Numbered from the stretch's first letter, positions 53,648-63,862 are shown. The stretch: 64,000 bases of DNA from an uncultured Chitinophagaceae bacterium (GCA_964439265.1 CAYTOA010000008.1:19087-83086); one strand, 5' to 3'. Translations and numbers: made by a program. The notes: generated by a model not told the origin, from the letters alone.

Positions 53648-55096
53648 TCAATAAGCGCCCTTGCCGAACAACACGACCGGAATGGTTTCAAACATGATCT
53701 CAAGGTCAAACAACAGGGAGTGGTTTTCCACGTAGTACAGGTCAAGCAGGATCATCTCTCTAAATTTTATGTCGCTTCTCCCAGACACTTGCCATAAGCC
53801 GGTCATGCCTGGCTTCACCGATGCGCGATCCTGAATTGTTTCCCAGAACTCATCGGACTCGTTCACAGTTTCAAAATCGGTCAATGGGAGCGGACGCGGC
53901 CCCACCAAGCTCATGTCGCCCTTCAAGACATTGAACAACTGAGGGAGTTCGTCAATGCTCAATTTGCGGATGATACTTCCGATCCTGGTCACGCGCGGGT
54001 CGTTCTTCATTTTGAACAAGGCACCGTCCGATTCGTTGTGGCCCCACAATTCATCTTTCATCTGGTCCGCATTATCCACCATGCTGCGAAACTTGATGAA
54101 ATCGAATTGCTTCCCCCTCTTAATGCTTGCCCGTGCCTGAAGGAAGAAAAATGGGCGGCCGCTTTCAAAGTAAATTGCGATGATCGTGAGAAGGAAGATC
54201 GGACTGAACAGGATTATCGCCACCGAGGATCCGACAATGTCACAAACCCTTTTGATGAACATTTTTATTGCGTCGACGTTGTAGCGCGGCGGAGTCGTCA
54301 ACGTGATGCCGGCGATGTCATAGATGCGGGCGATTTTCAACAACTCTTCGGCATGGGGGGAAAGTATTTTGAGCTTGATGTGATGGTTTTCGCCTTTCTT
54401 TTTGAGAGATGCATATCCGTTGACGACCATGTCGGCGGACGGGATGAATACTCTGTCGATCATTTCGTCCGCGATGACCTCATCGAATTGAGCAAGCGTG
54501 TACTGCGGCTGCAAGGAGCTCGAAGGGTTTTTTTCACGGACGATGAATCCTTTGATCTTATAGCCGAGTTCAGGAAAAGAAGTAAACCGCCGGAAGATCT
54601 TGAAAGCATCTTGATCATACCCCACGATCAATGAATTATGCACGCCGTAGCCCCTCTTTTGAAAGAACAAATTTATTTGCCGTAAAATTATCCTCCCTAT
54701 CACGAAAAAGAACGGCAGCGTGAAAAGGAACGCGATGAGGGCGTGCCGGCCGATAGAAAGATTGTTTATGAGTGAAACGATCGTTAAAGTTACGAGCACA
54801 CAGAGAATGAATGCCCGGCCCATGATCATGTTTTGAAGGCTGAGACTAAGATGAAAAGAGCCCCGGTACAATCCCATCATGACGGCAATCGTGATATACG
54901 TGATGACAAAAATAACGTACCCCGTCAGCAGAACATCGTCGGGTGTTCGAATGACGATAATTGAATATCTCTTCAGGCAGAAAACCACCAGCCCTGCACT
55001 TATCATGGCGAGAAGGTCGATGAGCTGCGAGATGGCGACGAAGAGTATTTTCCAGTTGCGTTTGATCATTAAAATTTTGCGAATCTCCAAATTCAT
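53648..55096 (-). CDS. undecaprenyl-phosphate sugar phosphotransferase (WbaP/EpsB-type priming glycosyltransferase)
   Basis: Four or five N-terminal TM helices and the C-terminal bacterial sugar transferase domain (KRVCDIV...RPFFFLQ.R....G..F...KFRSM...DELPQL.NVLKGDMSLVGPRP). Confidence 0.9.
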   Translation of the reverse strand: MNLEIRKILMIKRNWKILFVAISQLIDLLAMISAGLVVFCLKRYSIIVIRTPDDVLLTGYVIFVITYITIAVMMGLYRGSFHLSLSLQNMIMGRAFILCVLVTLTIVSLINNLSIGRHALIAFLFTLPFFFVIGRIILRQINLFFQKRGYGVHNSLIVGYDQDAFKIFRRFTSFPELGYKIKGFIVREKNPSSSLQPQYTLAQFDEVIADEMIDRVFIPSADMVVNGYASLKKKGENHHIKLKILSPHAEELLKIARIYDIAGITLTTPPRYNVDAIKMFIKRVCDIVGSSVAIILFSPIFLLTIIAIYFESGRPFFFLQARASIKRGKQFDFIKFRSMVDNADQMKDELWGHNESDGALFKMKNDPRVTRIGSIIRKLSIDELPQLFNVLKGDMSLVGPRPLPLTDFETVNESDEFWETIQDRASVKPGMTGLWQVSGRSDIKFREMILLDLYYVENHSLLFDLEIMFETIPVVLFGKGAY

Positions 55097-55360
55097 CCCC
55101 TACATGGAGCGCCGAATAATATACAAAATATCAAATGAAGACAACACTATTCTTTTTGAAAGGAGGCCTCAGACGCCTGAATGGTGCTTGCAAAACGCCC
55201 CGAACAATATCTGTCGCAAATAGACAGCTTTCCACACGCCCTGGTGTTGCATTATTGTACAATGCTGCCAGAATTAACGATAACAACGCCGGATATGGGG
55301 TTTCTCACTTTTGCACATCGACCGAATGCCGAACGCCACTGAAAGCAGGCGATCAACGAT

Positions 55361-58300
55361 TTATTTCAAGTAAAGCGCTTTTTTAATATTCTGAAATCTT
55401 TTTGAGGAAGAAAGTATACTCTCGGCATTAACCACGATGATATACACGCCTGATGAAAAATTCTGCGGACTCCACCGATATTCGTAGAACTGCGGCTCCT
55501 GTGTCTCGTTGACAAGCGTCGCCATAAGCTGTCCCAAAATATTGTACACTTTGATGGATACCTTGCTTGGTTCAGGGATCCCGTAGCGTATTGTCGTTGC
55601 CGGATTAAACGGATTGGGATAATTTTGATAAACAATATAGTCCTTCGGCATGATGGGATGCTGCCCGTTCAATGACAGTATTGTTCCCGTGGTAACAAAA
55701 TATATGGTATCTCTAGACCACGTGGATTTTCCACCGTTGATCATCGCAGATACCGTCCACCGATATGATGTACGGACGGATAATTTTTTCATCATCGCCA
55801 ATGAACTATAAAGAGTGTCGTACAAACCGCTGATGGTCGTATCGACGCCTCCTCCCCATAGCTTCACCGCATACCGCACTGTGTCTCCAGGGTCGTGGCC
55901 GTGAGACGGCTGCCACGTCAGCGTCAGAGCTTTACCATAATCGATGGTGAGGCTATCGGTGTGTGAGAGATTCACCAATTGAAATGGGGTTGGCGGCAGC
56001 AACACCGGTATTACGACGATCTTCCAGGTCCGTTGAGCGATTATACCCTTTTTGTCAATTACTGCGACCGTAATAATACTATCGCCAGCATTAGCGTTGA
56101 TCGGCACTCCGACAAGTGTATCATTCACCAAATGCAGCCATTGCGGCCCGGCGATCAGTTTAAACGTCAAAGAATCCCTTCCGTAGACGGCATCCGAATC
56201 TACGGCCGGAATAACAATCCGGTAGGCGGAATCGGCTCGCGCCAGCGTATCCCGCACTGGAAGGATGAGAGGAGGATGGTTTACGTTCACAACGTGCAGC
56301 GCAAAGTGTCTCGTTGTCGACAAACCATGGTTGTCGCTCACGGTAAGTTCCATCACGGTATCGGCGGCACTCCTTCCGTACGGAATTCCGGTTAGCGTGT
56401 GCTGCACGGGATCGTGATGCATCCATGTCGGCAGCAAGGGAGCAGTAACCGTCAGGCTATCGCCGAAGAATGAGGCATCAATGTCATAAATTGTGTATGA
56501 GGAACTGTAGAGCGAGTCTTCGACCGCCGATGAATCAGGAGTGCTTGTAAAGACCGGCGCGTGATCGGTATGCAGTATTGCCAGCGTATAATTCTGCCGT
56601 GCAACTCCTCCGCTGCCATCGCTGGCAGACAGGCTGACCGGAAACGTTCTGTATTGAGCGGAATCAAATGCTGCATGTACGCCGGAAACGGTTTTCTTTG
56701 CAGAGCGGGAGACCGTTGGAATAAGTTTTGAAACGCTGTTTCGTATTACGCTCGTACGAACCTTGCTTCCAATCGCCGCTCTACTAGATCTCGTTGAAAG
56801 CGAATCGACGACTAAACTCGGTATGCCGCCGAGAATACCGCTGGCAGAATCTATCGTCAGAAAATTCGGAGCCGTGATGATCGCGTACCGGATTTTGTCC
56901 CCGAACAGCGATGTGTCAGGATCGGTTGCGATCGCTCTATAAAAGTACGATGAATCTTCCACGCCGCTGATGGGAGGGACCGAGACGAAAACCGGCGGAT
57001 GATTCACATGCCTGATATGAATTCCATATCGAAACGAAGTCACTCCTCCCTTGCCGTCATACGCCTGAACGATCATAGTTGTGGAATCGACAAGGTCGCT
57101 GCCGCGCGGCGTTCCGGATATTACTCCCGTCACTGAGTCGATGGAGATCCAATGCGGCTTGGATGCACAACGATAATGCACTACATCTCCGAACTGAGCG
57201 GAGTCGATATCGCTCGCTCGTATCGCGGCGGTGTAGAGAGAATCTTCCGTCGCGGTCGAATCAGGAAAGAGAACAATGACCGGTGCATGATTTGTATGCC
57301 TCACCGTGAGATTAAAACTGTACTCGCTCGCCCCCCCCTTGTCGTCCCATACCGCGATCGTAACGGGAAAATCTCTGGATGTGTTGTCAGTTTTTATACC
57401 TGAGATTTGCGCCACCTTCATCTTGGACTTTACGCTATAGAACTTTATCGCCTTCGCCTTGTTGAGGATTTGCGTTACTCTGGCATTCGTCCTTTGAGCG
57501 GCGAGCGACGCAGAAGGCGAAGTAATTCCTTCAAGGTTTGGTACACCCTGAATGATCCCCTTGAGTGAATCAATCGAGAGCCAGCTCGGACTTTGGGCGA
57601 TGCCGAAGTAGTCCTTATCTCCCCACATCAGCGAGTCCTGATCGGCTGCTCCTGCGATCGAATAATAAAGAGAATCTTCTACGGCACTGTCCGCCGGAAC
57701 CGAGATAAATTGCGGAGCGTGGTTCGTATGAATAACATGCAGGACAAATTGCTGTGCCGATACACCGCCATTATTGTCGTACGCCTGGATACGCACGATC
57801 GTGTCGCGCGCATTTGTACCCGACGGAAGTCCGGTGAGGGTTCCTGCAACACTGTCAATAGTTATCCAGCTAGGTTTGACCGAGAGCTTGTAGCGAACCC
57901 GATCCCCAAATAAGGCACTGTCTTGATCCTGCGCCACCGCTGCGTACCGATACAACGAATCTTCCGTTACAACGCTGTCCGGCACCGAAACAAATAAGGG
58001 ATTGTGGTTTGTATGGATTACCTTAAGATGATAGGTTTGATTAATTAGACCGCCGTGCCCGTCGCCGACCTTGACCGTGACCACGGAATCGCCGACATTT
58101 ATTCCTTGCGGCATCCCGGAAACTATTCCACCTGAAGAAACGGTTATCCAACTCGGCTTTTGCGTCAACGAATAATTCAAGACCTGACCTATCAGTGTAT
58201 CCGGGTCGTGCGCGACAACCGTATATTGATACAGAGTATCTTCATGCGCCGTAAACAGGGGCAATGAAACTATAGTCGGCGCGTGATTTACCAGCGTGAT

Positions 58301-61300
58301 CGTAAGAGAATATTGATGCTGGGCCAGACCTCCATGGCCGTCATATGCCTGCAGCACGACTACGGTATCAAATGCATTCTGAACATGAGGAGTACCAAAG
58401 AATATCCCCGTCGTGCTGTCTATCGCCAGCCATGCCGGTTTGATAAGCCGGTAGTGAACAACGTCTCCAAAGAGTGTACTGTCCTGATCACTCGCATACA
58501 CTCTCGATTGATACAATGTGTCTTCCGTTGCCGGCGGAAGGCTTGAGGTTTTTATCACCGGCGAATGGTTTGTATGGATGACATGAAGAGCATAACTCTG
58601 TGTCGCCGTCCCTCCCTTCCCGTCGCTGGCTACCACCGTAACCGTCGTATCCCCAATGTTATTCCCTCGCGGTGTCCCCGTGACCACTCCGCTTATACTA
58701 TCGATCACCGTCCAACTTGGATGTATCGTCAAATGATAATGTACTCGGTCCCCAAATAACAGACTGTCCTGATCCGATCCCCATACCGCATACCGGTACA
58801 ATGTGTCCTCCGCCGCATGGGTCACCGCTGAACTTACGATCACCGGCGCATGGTTCGTATGGACAACATGAATCGAATAACTCTGGCTCGATGCGCCCCC
58901 TTTTCCGTCATACGCTGACACTGTTACAATCGTATCCTGCGCATTCATCCCGCTCGCCGTCCCGGTGATCATCCCGCTCACACTATCGATCTTCAACCAC
59001 ACCGGCTTTATCGTCAGCCGGTAATGAACAACGTCTCCAAAGAGTGTACTGTCCTGATCACTCGCATACACTCTCGTTTGATACAATGTGTCTTCTATTG
59101 CCGACGGAAGGCTTGAGGTTTTTATCACCGGCGAATGGTTTGTATGGATGACATGAAGAGCATAACTCTGTGTCGCCGTCCCTCCCTTCCCGTCGCTGGC
59201 TACCACCGTAACCGTCGTATCCCCAATGTTATTCCCTCGCGGTGTCCCCGTGACCACTCCGCTTATACTATCGATCACCGTCCAACTTGGATGTATCGTC
59301 AAATGATAATGTACTCGGTCCCCAAATAACAGACTGTCCTGATCCGATCCCCATACCGCATACCGGTACAATGTGTCCTCCGCCGCATGGGTCACCGCTG
59401 AACTTACGATCACCGGCGCATGGTTCGTATGGACAACATGAATCGAATAACTCTGGCTCGATGCGCCCCCTTTTCCGTCATACGCTGACACTGTTACAAT
59501 CGTATCCTGCGCATTCATCCCGCTCGCCGTCCCGGTGATCATCCCGCTCACACTATCGATCTTCAACCACACCGGCTTTATCGTCAGCCGGTAATGAACA
59601 ACGTCTCCAAAGAGTGTACTGTCCTGATCACTCGCATACACTCTCGTTTGATACAATGTGTCTTCTATTGCCGACGGAAGGCTTGAGGTTTTTATCACCG
59701 GCGAATGGTTTGTATGGATGACATGAAGAGCATAACTCTGTGTCGCCGTCCCTCCCTTCCCGTCGCTGGCTACCACCGTAACCGTCGTATCCCCAATGTT
59801 ATTCCCTCGCGGTGTCCCCGTGACCACTCCGCTTATACTATCGATCACCGTCCAACTTGGATGTATTTGAAACGAATACGCTATTCGATCTCCCCACAAC
59901 GCACTATCCTGATCAGTTGCAATGAAGCGATAGGAATATGCAGTATCCTGCTGTGCAAGTGTGTTCGCCAGGGAAAGGATGCGGGGGGCGTGATTGACGT
60001 GCGCTACGTGCAGAGTAAATTGCTGGGTGGCCGTTCCTCCTTTATTGTCATACGCCTGCACAGCGACCACGGTGTCACGGGCGTTCATGCCGGAGGGGAG
60101 GCCGGAGATGACGCCGGCAACGCTGTCAATGCTCAGCCAGCTTGGTTTGAGAGACAGACGATACCGTATCACATCCAGATAAGCCGTCGTGTCCCTGTCT
60201 ACGCCGATGACTCTGTACTTGTACGGGGAGTCTTCCGTCGCCGTCGAATCTGGCGCCGTAATAATTTTAGGATTGTGATTTGTATGAAGAACTGTCAGAG
60301 TGTATGATTGGGTTGAGATCTGGCCTGCGCCATTACTGAGTTGTATCGTTACCGTTGTATCGCCGACATTATTGGCCCCCGGTGTTCCATAAATGATTCC
60401 GGTCAAATTGTTGATTCTCAACCAACTTGGTTTTATTAAAAGGGCGTATCTCAGCGTGTTGTCTAAGAATGCGGTTTGAGAAACTACTGTGTCTCTATAA
60501 ATAGAATCTTCATGGGCCACAAACAACGGAGTTGAAATAATTTTGGCAGGGATATTCTTCCTAAGAATTGCAGAACTGGATACTAAATAGAGCGTATCAA
60601 ATGTCTGAGTGGCTGCCCGTTCAAGGTAAATAGATTTATTTACCTCATTTGCCAGCGTACTCGGCGTTTCAAAGACAGTGAAGCAATCACTCAGCAATCT
60701 CGACGAAAAAAATCCTGGAACATTATTGAACCCGGTGGGATACCTCGTCATTCCCCACGCATCCATTGGAGCGAACGCATTGACGGTATTAATCAAATTA
60801 CCGCAAAAAATTATTTGCTTTATCCCTTTACTCTTGAGATAGGTATACAAGGAAGTCTTATCATTAAAGGTCAACTCACTTCCAAGAGGTGCGCACGATG
60901 AATCTATCGCTTGTCCATTCGCGATATGAAAAACCCTAATGCCGAAATTTCTGGCCCATTTAATAAGTGGTGCAATGTTATTTCGGTTGTTGTTCTGAAC
61001 CCGGGCCAGCCATCCTGCATTGGGAAAATAACTCCATGCGTTGACAACAACCAATGCGGTTTGGGCGGGATTAATAGAGGGACCAAAGGTAGAATCATAG
61101 TTTATCGACGCGAGGAGAGAAGGTCTTTGTACTGTCAATGTACTTACACTCTCGCCAAGCGCCGATGCCAAAGACGTCAGCAGGGTCGTTTGAAATTTCG
61201 TTTCAACGGCATTAATACCCCAATTATAGGCAAGTTGCGACCAGCTTATGATACAATCTTTGATCCCAATGATTTTGTATGTATTTGGAAATTTAAGGCT

Positions 61301-62080
61301 CAGGGTGTTGATACTGATTGGACGGGTAAAGAGAACGCATTCCGATGCATCACCGCCAGTATACAGAAGTGTTGTCAAACCCTTACGACTCAGCATCGTG
61401 TCAGGAATGGCGGAGATGGTGGCACTGACATCCCATGGCTTCAACAGCACTGTAGGATAGAGCGGCCCGTCGTGGTTGAAAAGGAAAACCGGAATATTGT
61501 GCTTTCGAGCGACATTCAGCATCGTGACGATGTTAACGACATTGCTATCAGCGGCCGACGCCCACACGTCACACAGTATTAATGCCGTTTTTCCAATATC
61601 TATGGAATCAGTAAAAGTAATAGTATGTGAAGATGATTCCGAAACATAATTAACGGAATCAATCGCCGGAATAAATTTGAAATTCTGAAACGTCAGGTAA
61701 TGTCCCGTCGTGAACCATGAGGTTTGACCTGAGACATTGCTGGTATCGTTCACGGCTTGAAGTTTCCAAAAGTACGTGGTCGATGGCAGGAGGTTGCTGA
61801 CGACCAGATAGGAACCGGTCACAACGGTATCCATGATACCCCACGACACCGAATCGGTTCCGACGAAGATCCTATACGAATGAGTCGAATCGGCCCACTG
61901 AAGAACAACTTGCTTGTAGTTTTGATTCGTCGCACCGATTTCCGGCGAAAGAATGTTCTGGCCGAAACCTTGAACGGAGGCGGCCAAGACAAACAAGAGG
62001 GCAATTCCGCAATTTCTCAGACGGAAAATTCGTAGCAGAGCGGCTGTCGTTCGACAGATGTTTAATTTAGATATCGACAT
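55361..62080 (-). CDS. giant (~2240 aa) T9SS-secreted surface protein: FN3-like + two isochorismatase-like(?) modules + ~15 cadherin-like/He_PIG Ig modules + FN3-like + T9SS CTD
   Basis: ATG at 62080 gives a signal peptide (MSISKLN...LLFVLAASVQGFGQ). The recurring ~95-aa module is V.HTNH.P.I......A.EDS.Y.Y.V.A.DQDS..FGD...Y.L...PSWL.IDS..G...G.P.G.N..DT.V.V.A.D..GG. C-terminal YQNYPNPFNPATTIRYGIP...VYNILGQ. Confidence 0.85.
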   Translation of the reverse strand: MSISKLNICRTTAALLRIFRLRNCGIALLFVLAASVQGFGQNILSPEIGATNQNYKQVVLQWADSTHSYRIFVGTDSVSWGIMDTVVTGSYLVVSNLLPSTTYFWKLQAVNDTSNVSGQTSWFTTGHYLTFQNFKFIPAIDSVNYVSESSSHTITFTDSIDIGKTALILCDVWASAADSNVVNIVTMLNVARKHNIPVFLFNHDGPLYPTVLLKPWDVSATISAIPDTMLSRKGLTTLLYTGGDASECVLFTRPISINTLSLKFPNTYKIIGIKDCIISWSQLAYNWGINAVETKFQTTLLTSLASALGESVSTLTVQRPSLLASINYDSTFGPSINPAQTALVVVNAWSYFPNAGWLARVQNNNRNNIAPLIKWARNFGIRVFHIANGQAIDSSCAPLGSELTFNDKTSLYTYLKSKGIKQIIFCGNLINTVNAFAPMDAWGMTRYPTGFNNVPGFFSSRLLSDCFTVFETPSTLANEVNKSIYLERAATQTFDTLYLVSSSAILRKNIPAKIISTPLFVAHEDSIYRDTVVSQTAFLDNTLRYALLIKPSWLRINNLTGIIYGTPGANNVGDTTVTIQLSNGAGQISTQSYTLTVLHTNHNPKIITAPDSTATEDSPYKYRVIGVDRDTTAYLDVIRYRLSLKPSWLSIDSVAGVISGLPSGMNARDTVVAVQAYDNKGGTATQQFTLHVAHVNHAPRILSLANTLAQQDTAYSYRFIATDQDSALWGDRIAYSFQIHPSWTVIDSISGVVTGTPRGNNIGDTTVTVVASDGKGGTATQSYALHVIHTNHSPVIKTSSLPSAIEDTLYQTRVYASDQDSTLFGDVVHYRLTIKPVWLKIDSVSGMITGTASGMNAQDTIVTVSAYDGKGGASSQSYSIHVVHTNHAPVIVSSAVTHAAEDTLYRYAVWGSDQDSLLFGDRVHYHLTIHPSWTVIDSISGVVTGTPRGNNIGDTTVTVVASDGKGGTATQSYALHVIHTNHSPVIKTSSLPSAIEDTLYQTRVYASDQDSTLFGDVVHYRLTIKPVWLKIDSVSGMITGTASGMNAQDTIVTVSAYDGKGGASSQSYSIHVVHTNHAPVIVSSAVTHAAEDTLYRYAVWGSDQDSLLFGDRVHYHLTIHPSWTVIDSISGVVTGTPRGNNIGDTTVTVVASDGKGGTATQSYALHVIHTNHSPVIKTSSLPPATEDTLYQSRVYASDQDSTLFGDVVHYRLIKPAWLAIDSTTGIFFGTPHVQNAFDTVVVLQAYDGHGGLAQHQYSLTITLVNHAPTIVSLPLFTAHEDTLYQYTVVAHDPDTLIGQVLNYSLTQKPSWITVSSGGIVSGMPQGINVGDSVVTVKVGDGHGGLINQTYHLKVIHTNHNPLFVSVPDSVVTEDSLYRYAAVAQDQDSALFGDRVRYKLSVKPSWITIDSVAGTLTGLPSGTNARDTIVRIQAYDNNGGVSAQQFVLHVIHTNHAPQFISVPADSAVEDSLYYSIAGAADQDSLMWGDKDYFGIAQSPSWLSIDSLKGIIQGVPNLEGITSPSASLAAQRTNARVTQILNKAKAIKFYSVKSKMKVAQISGIKTDNTSRDFPVTIAVWDDKGGASEYSFNLTVRHTNHAPVIVLFPDSTATEDSLYTAAIRASDIDSAQFGDVVHYRCASKPHWISIDSVTGVISGTPRGSDLVDSTTMIVQAYDGKGGVTSFRYGIHIRHVNHPPVFVSVPPISGVEDSSYFYRAIATDPDTSLFGDKIRYAIITAPNFLTIDSASGILGGIPSLVVDSLSTRSSRAAIGSKVRTSVIRNSVSKLIPTVSRSAKKTVSGVHAAFDSAQYRTFPVSLSASDGSGGVARQNYTLAILHTDHAPVFTSTPDSSAVEDSLYSSSYTIYDIDASFFGDSLTVTAPLLPTWMHHDPVQHTLTGIPYGRSAADTVMELTVSDNHGLSTTRHFALHVVNVNHPPLILPVRDTLARADSAYRIVIPAVDSDAVYGRDSLTFKLIAGPQWLHLVNDTLVGVPINANAGDSIITVAVIDKKGIIAQRTWKIVVIPVLLPPTPFQLVNLSHTDSLTIDYGKALTLTWQPSHGHDPGDTVRYAVKLWGGGVDTTISGLYDTLYSSLAMMKKLSVRTSYRWTVSAMINGGKSTWSRDTIYFVTTGTILSLNGQHPIMPKDYIVYQNYPNPFNPATTIRYGIPEPSKVSIKVYNILGQLMATLVNETQEPQFYEYRWSPQNFSSGVYIIVVNAESILSSSKRFQNIKKALYLK
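58447..59866 (-). repeat. ~2.5 tandem copies of a 570-bp (190-aa, two Ig modules) unit inside the giant gene, near-identical at DNA level
   Basis: Sequence from 58531 onward matches the sequence 570 nt later by my line-by-line reading, until divergence at 59866. Plus-strand shadow ORFs 58565-58759 and 59135-59329 (and 58717-58968 / 59287-59538) have identical translations. Confidence 0.9.
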
Positions 62081-62149
62081 CAGGACCGGATTATTAACGA
62101 TGAAATAAATATATCCTGCGGGCAACTTGTGAAGCAAGCATCTTTCTGC

Positions 62150-63862
62150 TCAGTACCAGTTATACCGGACGCCAAGCAAGAAATCGAACTTCCCGGAAAA
62201 ACTTGGGCCAAGCAAATAATCAAAAGGATTATTCAAAAACTCATTGTAGCCGGGGGTTACCGTGTTATCCGTGGTAGAGGGCGTCATCTGCGTGGTGAAA
62301 CGTGCTCGCAACGCGTGAAAATCAATAAACAGGTCGCGCAGCGGCTGATACGTTCCGACAATACCGAATGACTGTTGTTTAGTGACAGGTCCGTACAGGA
62401 ATCCCGGATCGCCGCCGTCGTACTGGTAAAACGTGGCCTCCTTTCCCCCTTTCCTCAACGACTGGAACTTCAGACCGACTTCAAGATTGTACGCCGGACG
62501 ATGGTACACGCTCATCGCAAAGAGATCGGCGTTCTGCCCGATCCAATCGCCCAAATTGACACCATGATCCTGATAGGTGTCCTCTACATACTGGTGATTA
62601 TACACCCACGGATTGATGCGCGTGTATTCAACATTGATCCGTGTGTCATGATAGAAGAGGTCGTACGCATTGCCGCCGGCCGTAAAACCCAACTGATTGC
62701 GATTTTGAGTTGGACTGAGGAACGTCGACGTCGAAAATTCATCGATAAATACCGGAAGGTAGAAATCAAAGTTCTTTACAGCGGTGATTTTCATATTGAC
62801 AAATATCTGAGAGTTATCTTCGTTGTCCAAATAATGCTCGGCCGTTTTGAAAAACATTATTGGAATGAGGTACAATAATTCCGGAGTACGGCCGGGACCT
62901 CCGTATATTTCCGATTGCCCGACGGCAATATTGACGCCGGCCCACGGAGTAATCTCCAGCATGTTCGCGGCGATGTATTTATTCATATATACCGGTCTCG
63001 CTCCAAAATACTGGGTACTGTACGTCCGCGAAGAATCTATTATTCCGGAAAAGAGCCACCCGTGAATGTACGTAAAATCGATATCCTTGCCGAGCCGCGC
63101 ATGCACCTTCAATTGCGGATATGCGGGAGACTTGGTCGAAAGAATAATATTGCCGTTCTCGCCTCCGCCCCACACATTCTGCATTTGCTCTGCTGTGAGT
63201 GTAACAAATCCGAGATCGACGTTTACCTGGGCATTGAACACGTCGTAATCATACGCCGTGGCGGTTCCATTGGCCCCCATCGTGGAGGTAGAAGGAACCA
63301 CTGCAGTCACCGGGGAAAGCGGGTGCAGGGGCGACTGAGACCCTAGCATACTAAGGTATGATCCGCCGTCATGCGTGTCGTGATAATAAAAATATGCGCC
63401 GACATTGTTCCCCGCATATCCGTACGCCATGATTCCGTTTGAAAGAGTATGAAGAATCGATCCATCTGCCTGATGATTGTATGACATCGAACCGATAAGG
63501 TCGATCATCAGGTGCGATGTCTCGCCCTTGTAATGATACAAATGCCAACGCTCAGCGGAGATATGGCTAACCGTAAGACTTCTCATCTCTTCTTGAAATT
63601 CTTCGCGGTAGAATTTCAGCTGCTGCCGATCGACCGCCGTCAATTGAGCTTCCGCACTGTCAACGCGAATCAAAAACCCTGCAATGGATTGCCGGGAAAG
63701 CGGCTTAACCGCATCGCGATAATCATGAATGATCTGTTTTGCGGCCATCCTGTTTAGAAAACCGTAAACCTCGTGGGTTGCGGGCAAGTAAACCGTCTGA
63801 GAATATAATAGAGAGCTCCAGAAAAAGAGCGCTAGAGCTCCCTTAAAATTCTTACCCATCAC
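62150..63862 (-). CDS. outer-membrane beta-barrel protein, capsule-assembly Wzi-like
   Basis: Signal peptide. The N-terminal helical segment YLPATHEVYGFLNRMAAKQII.DY....PLSRQSIAGFL resembles the Wzi N-terminus. Long beta-rich body ending in ...GVRYNWY (terminal aromatic). Confidence 0.5.
   Translation of the reverse strand: MMGKNFKGALALFFWSSLLYSQTVYLPATHEVYGFLNRMAAKQIIHDYRDAVKPLSRQSIAGFLIRVDSAEAQLTAVDRQQLKFYREEFQEEMRSLTVSHISAERWHLYHYKGETSHLMIDLIGSMSYNHQADGSILHTLSNGIMAYGYAGNNVGAYFYYHDTHDGGSYLSMLGSQSPLHPLSPVTAVVPSTSTMGANGTATAYDYDVFNAQVNVDLGFVTLTAEQMQNVWGGGENGNIILSTKSPAYPQLKVHARLGKDIDFTYIHGWLFSGIIDSSRTYSTQYFGARPVYMNKYIAANMLEITPWAGVNIAVGQSEIYGGPGRTPELLYLIPIMFFKTAEHYLDNEDNSQIFVNMKITAVKNFDFYLPVFIDEFSTSTFLSPTQNRNQLGFTAGGNAYDLFYHDTRINVEYTRINPWVYNHQYVEDTYQDHGVNLGDWIGQNADLFAMSVYHRPAYNLEVGLKFQSLRKGGKEATFYQYDGGDPGFLYGPVTKQQSFGIVGTYQPLRDLFIDFHALRARFTTQMTPSTTDNTVTPGYNEFLNNPFDYLLGPSFSGKFDFLLGVRYNWY

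Noticed and set aside
58565-60307. Repeated plus-strand ORFs (58565-58759, 59135-59329, 59705-60307, 58717-58968, 59287-59538) that look like a multi-copy small gene.
   Set aside because: They are antisense shadows of the 570-bp tandem repeat within the giant minus-strand gene. Their identity reflects only the DNA repeat.
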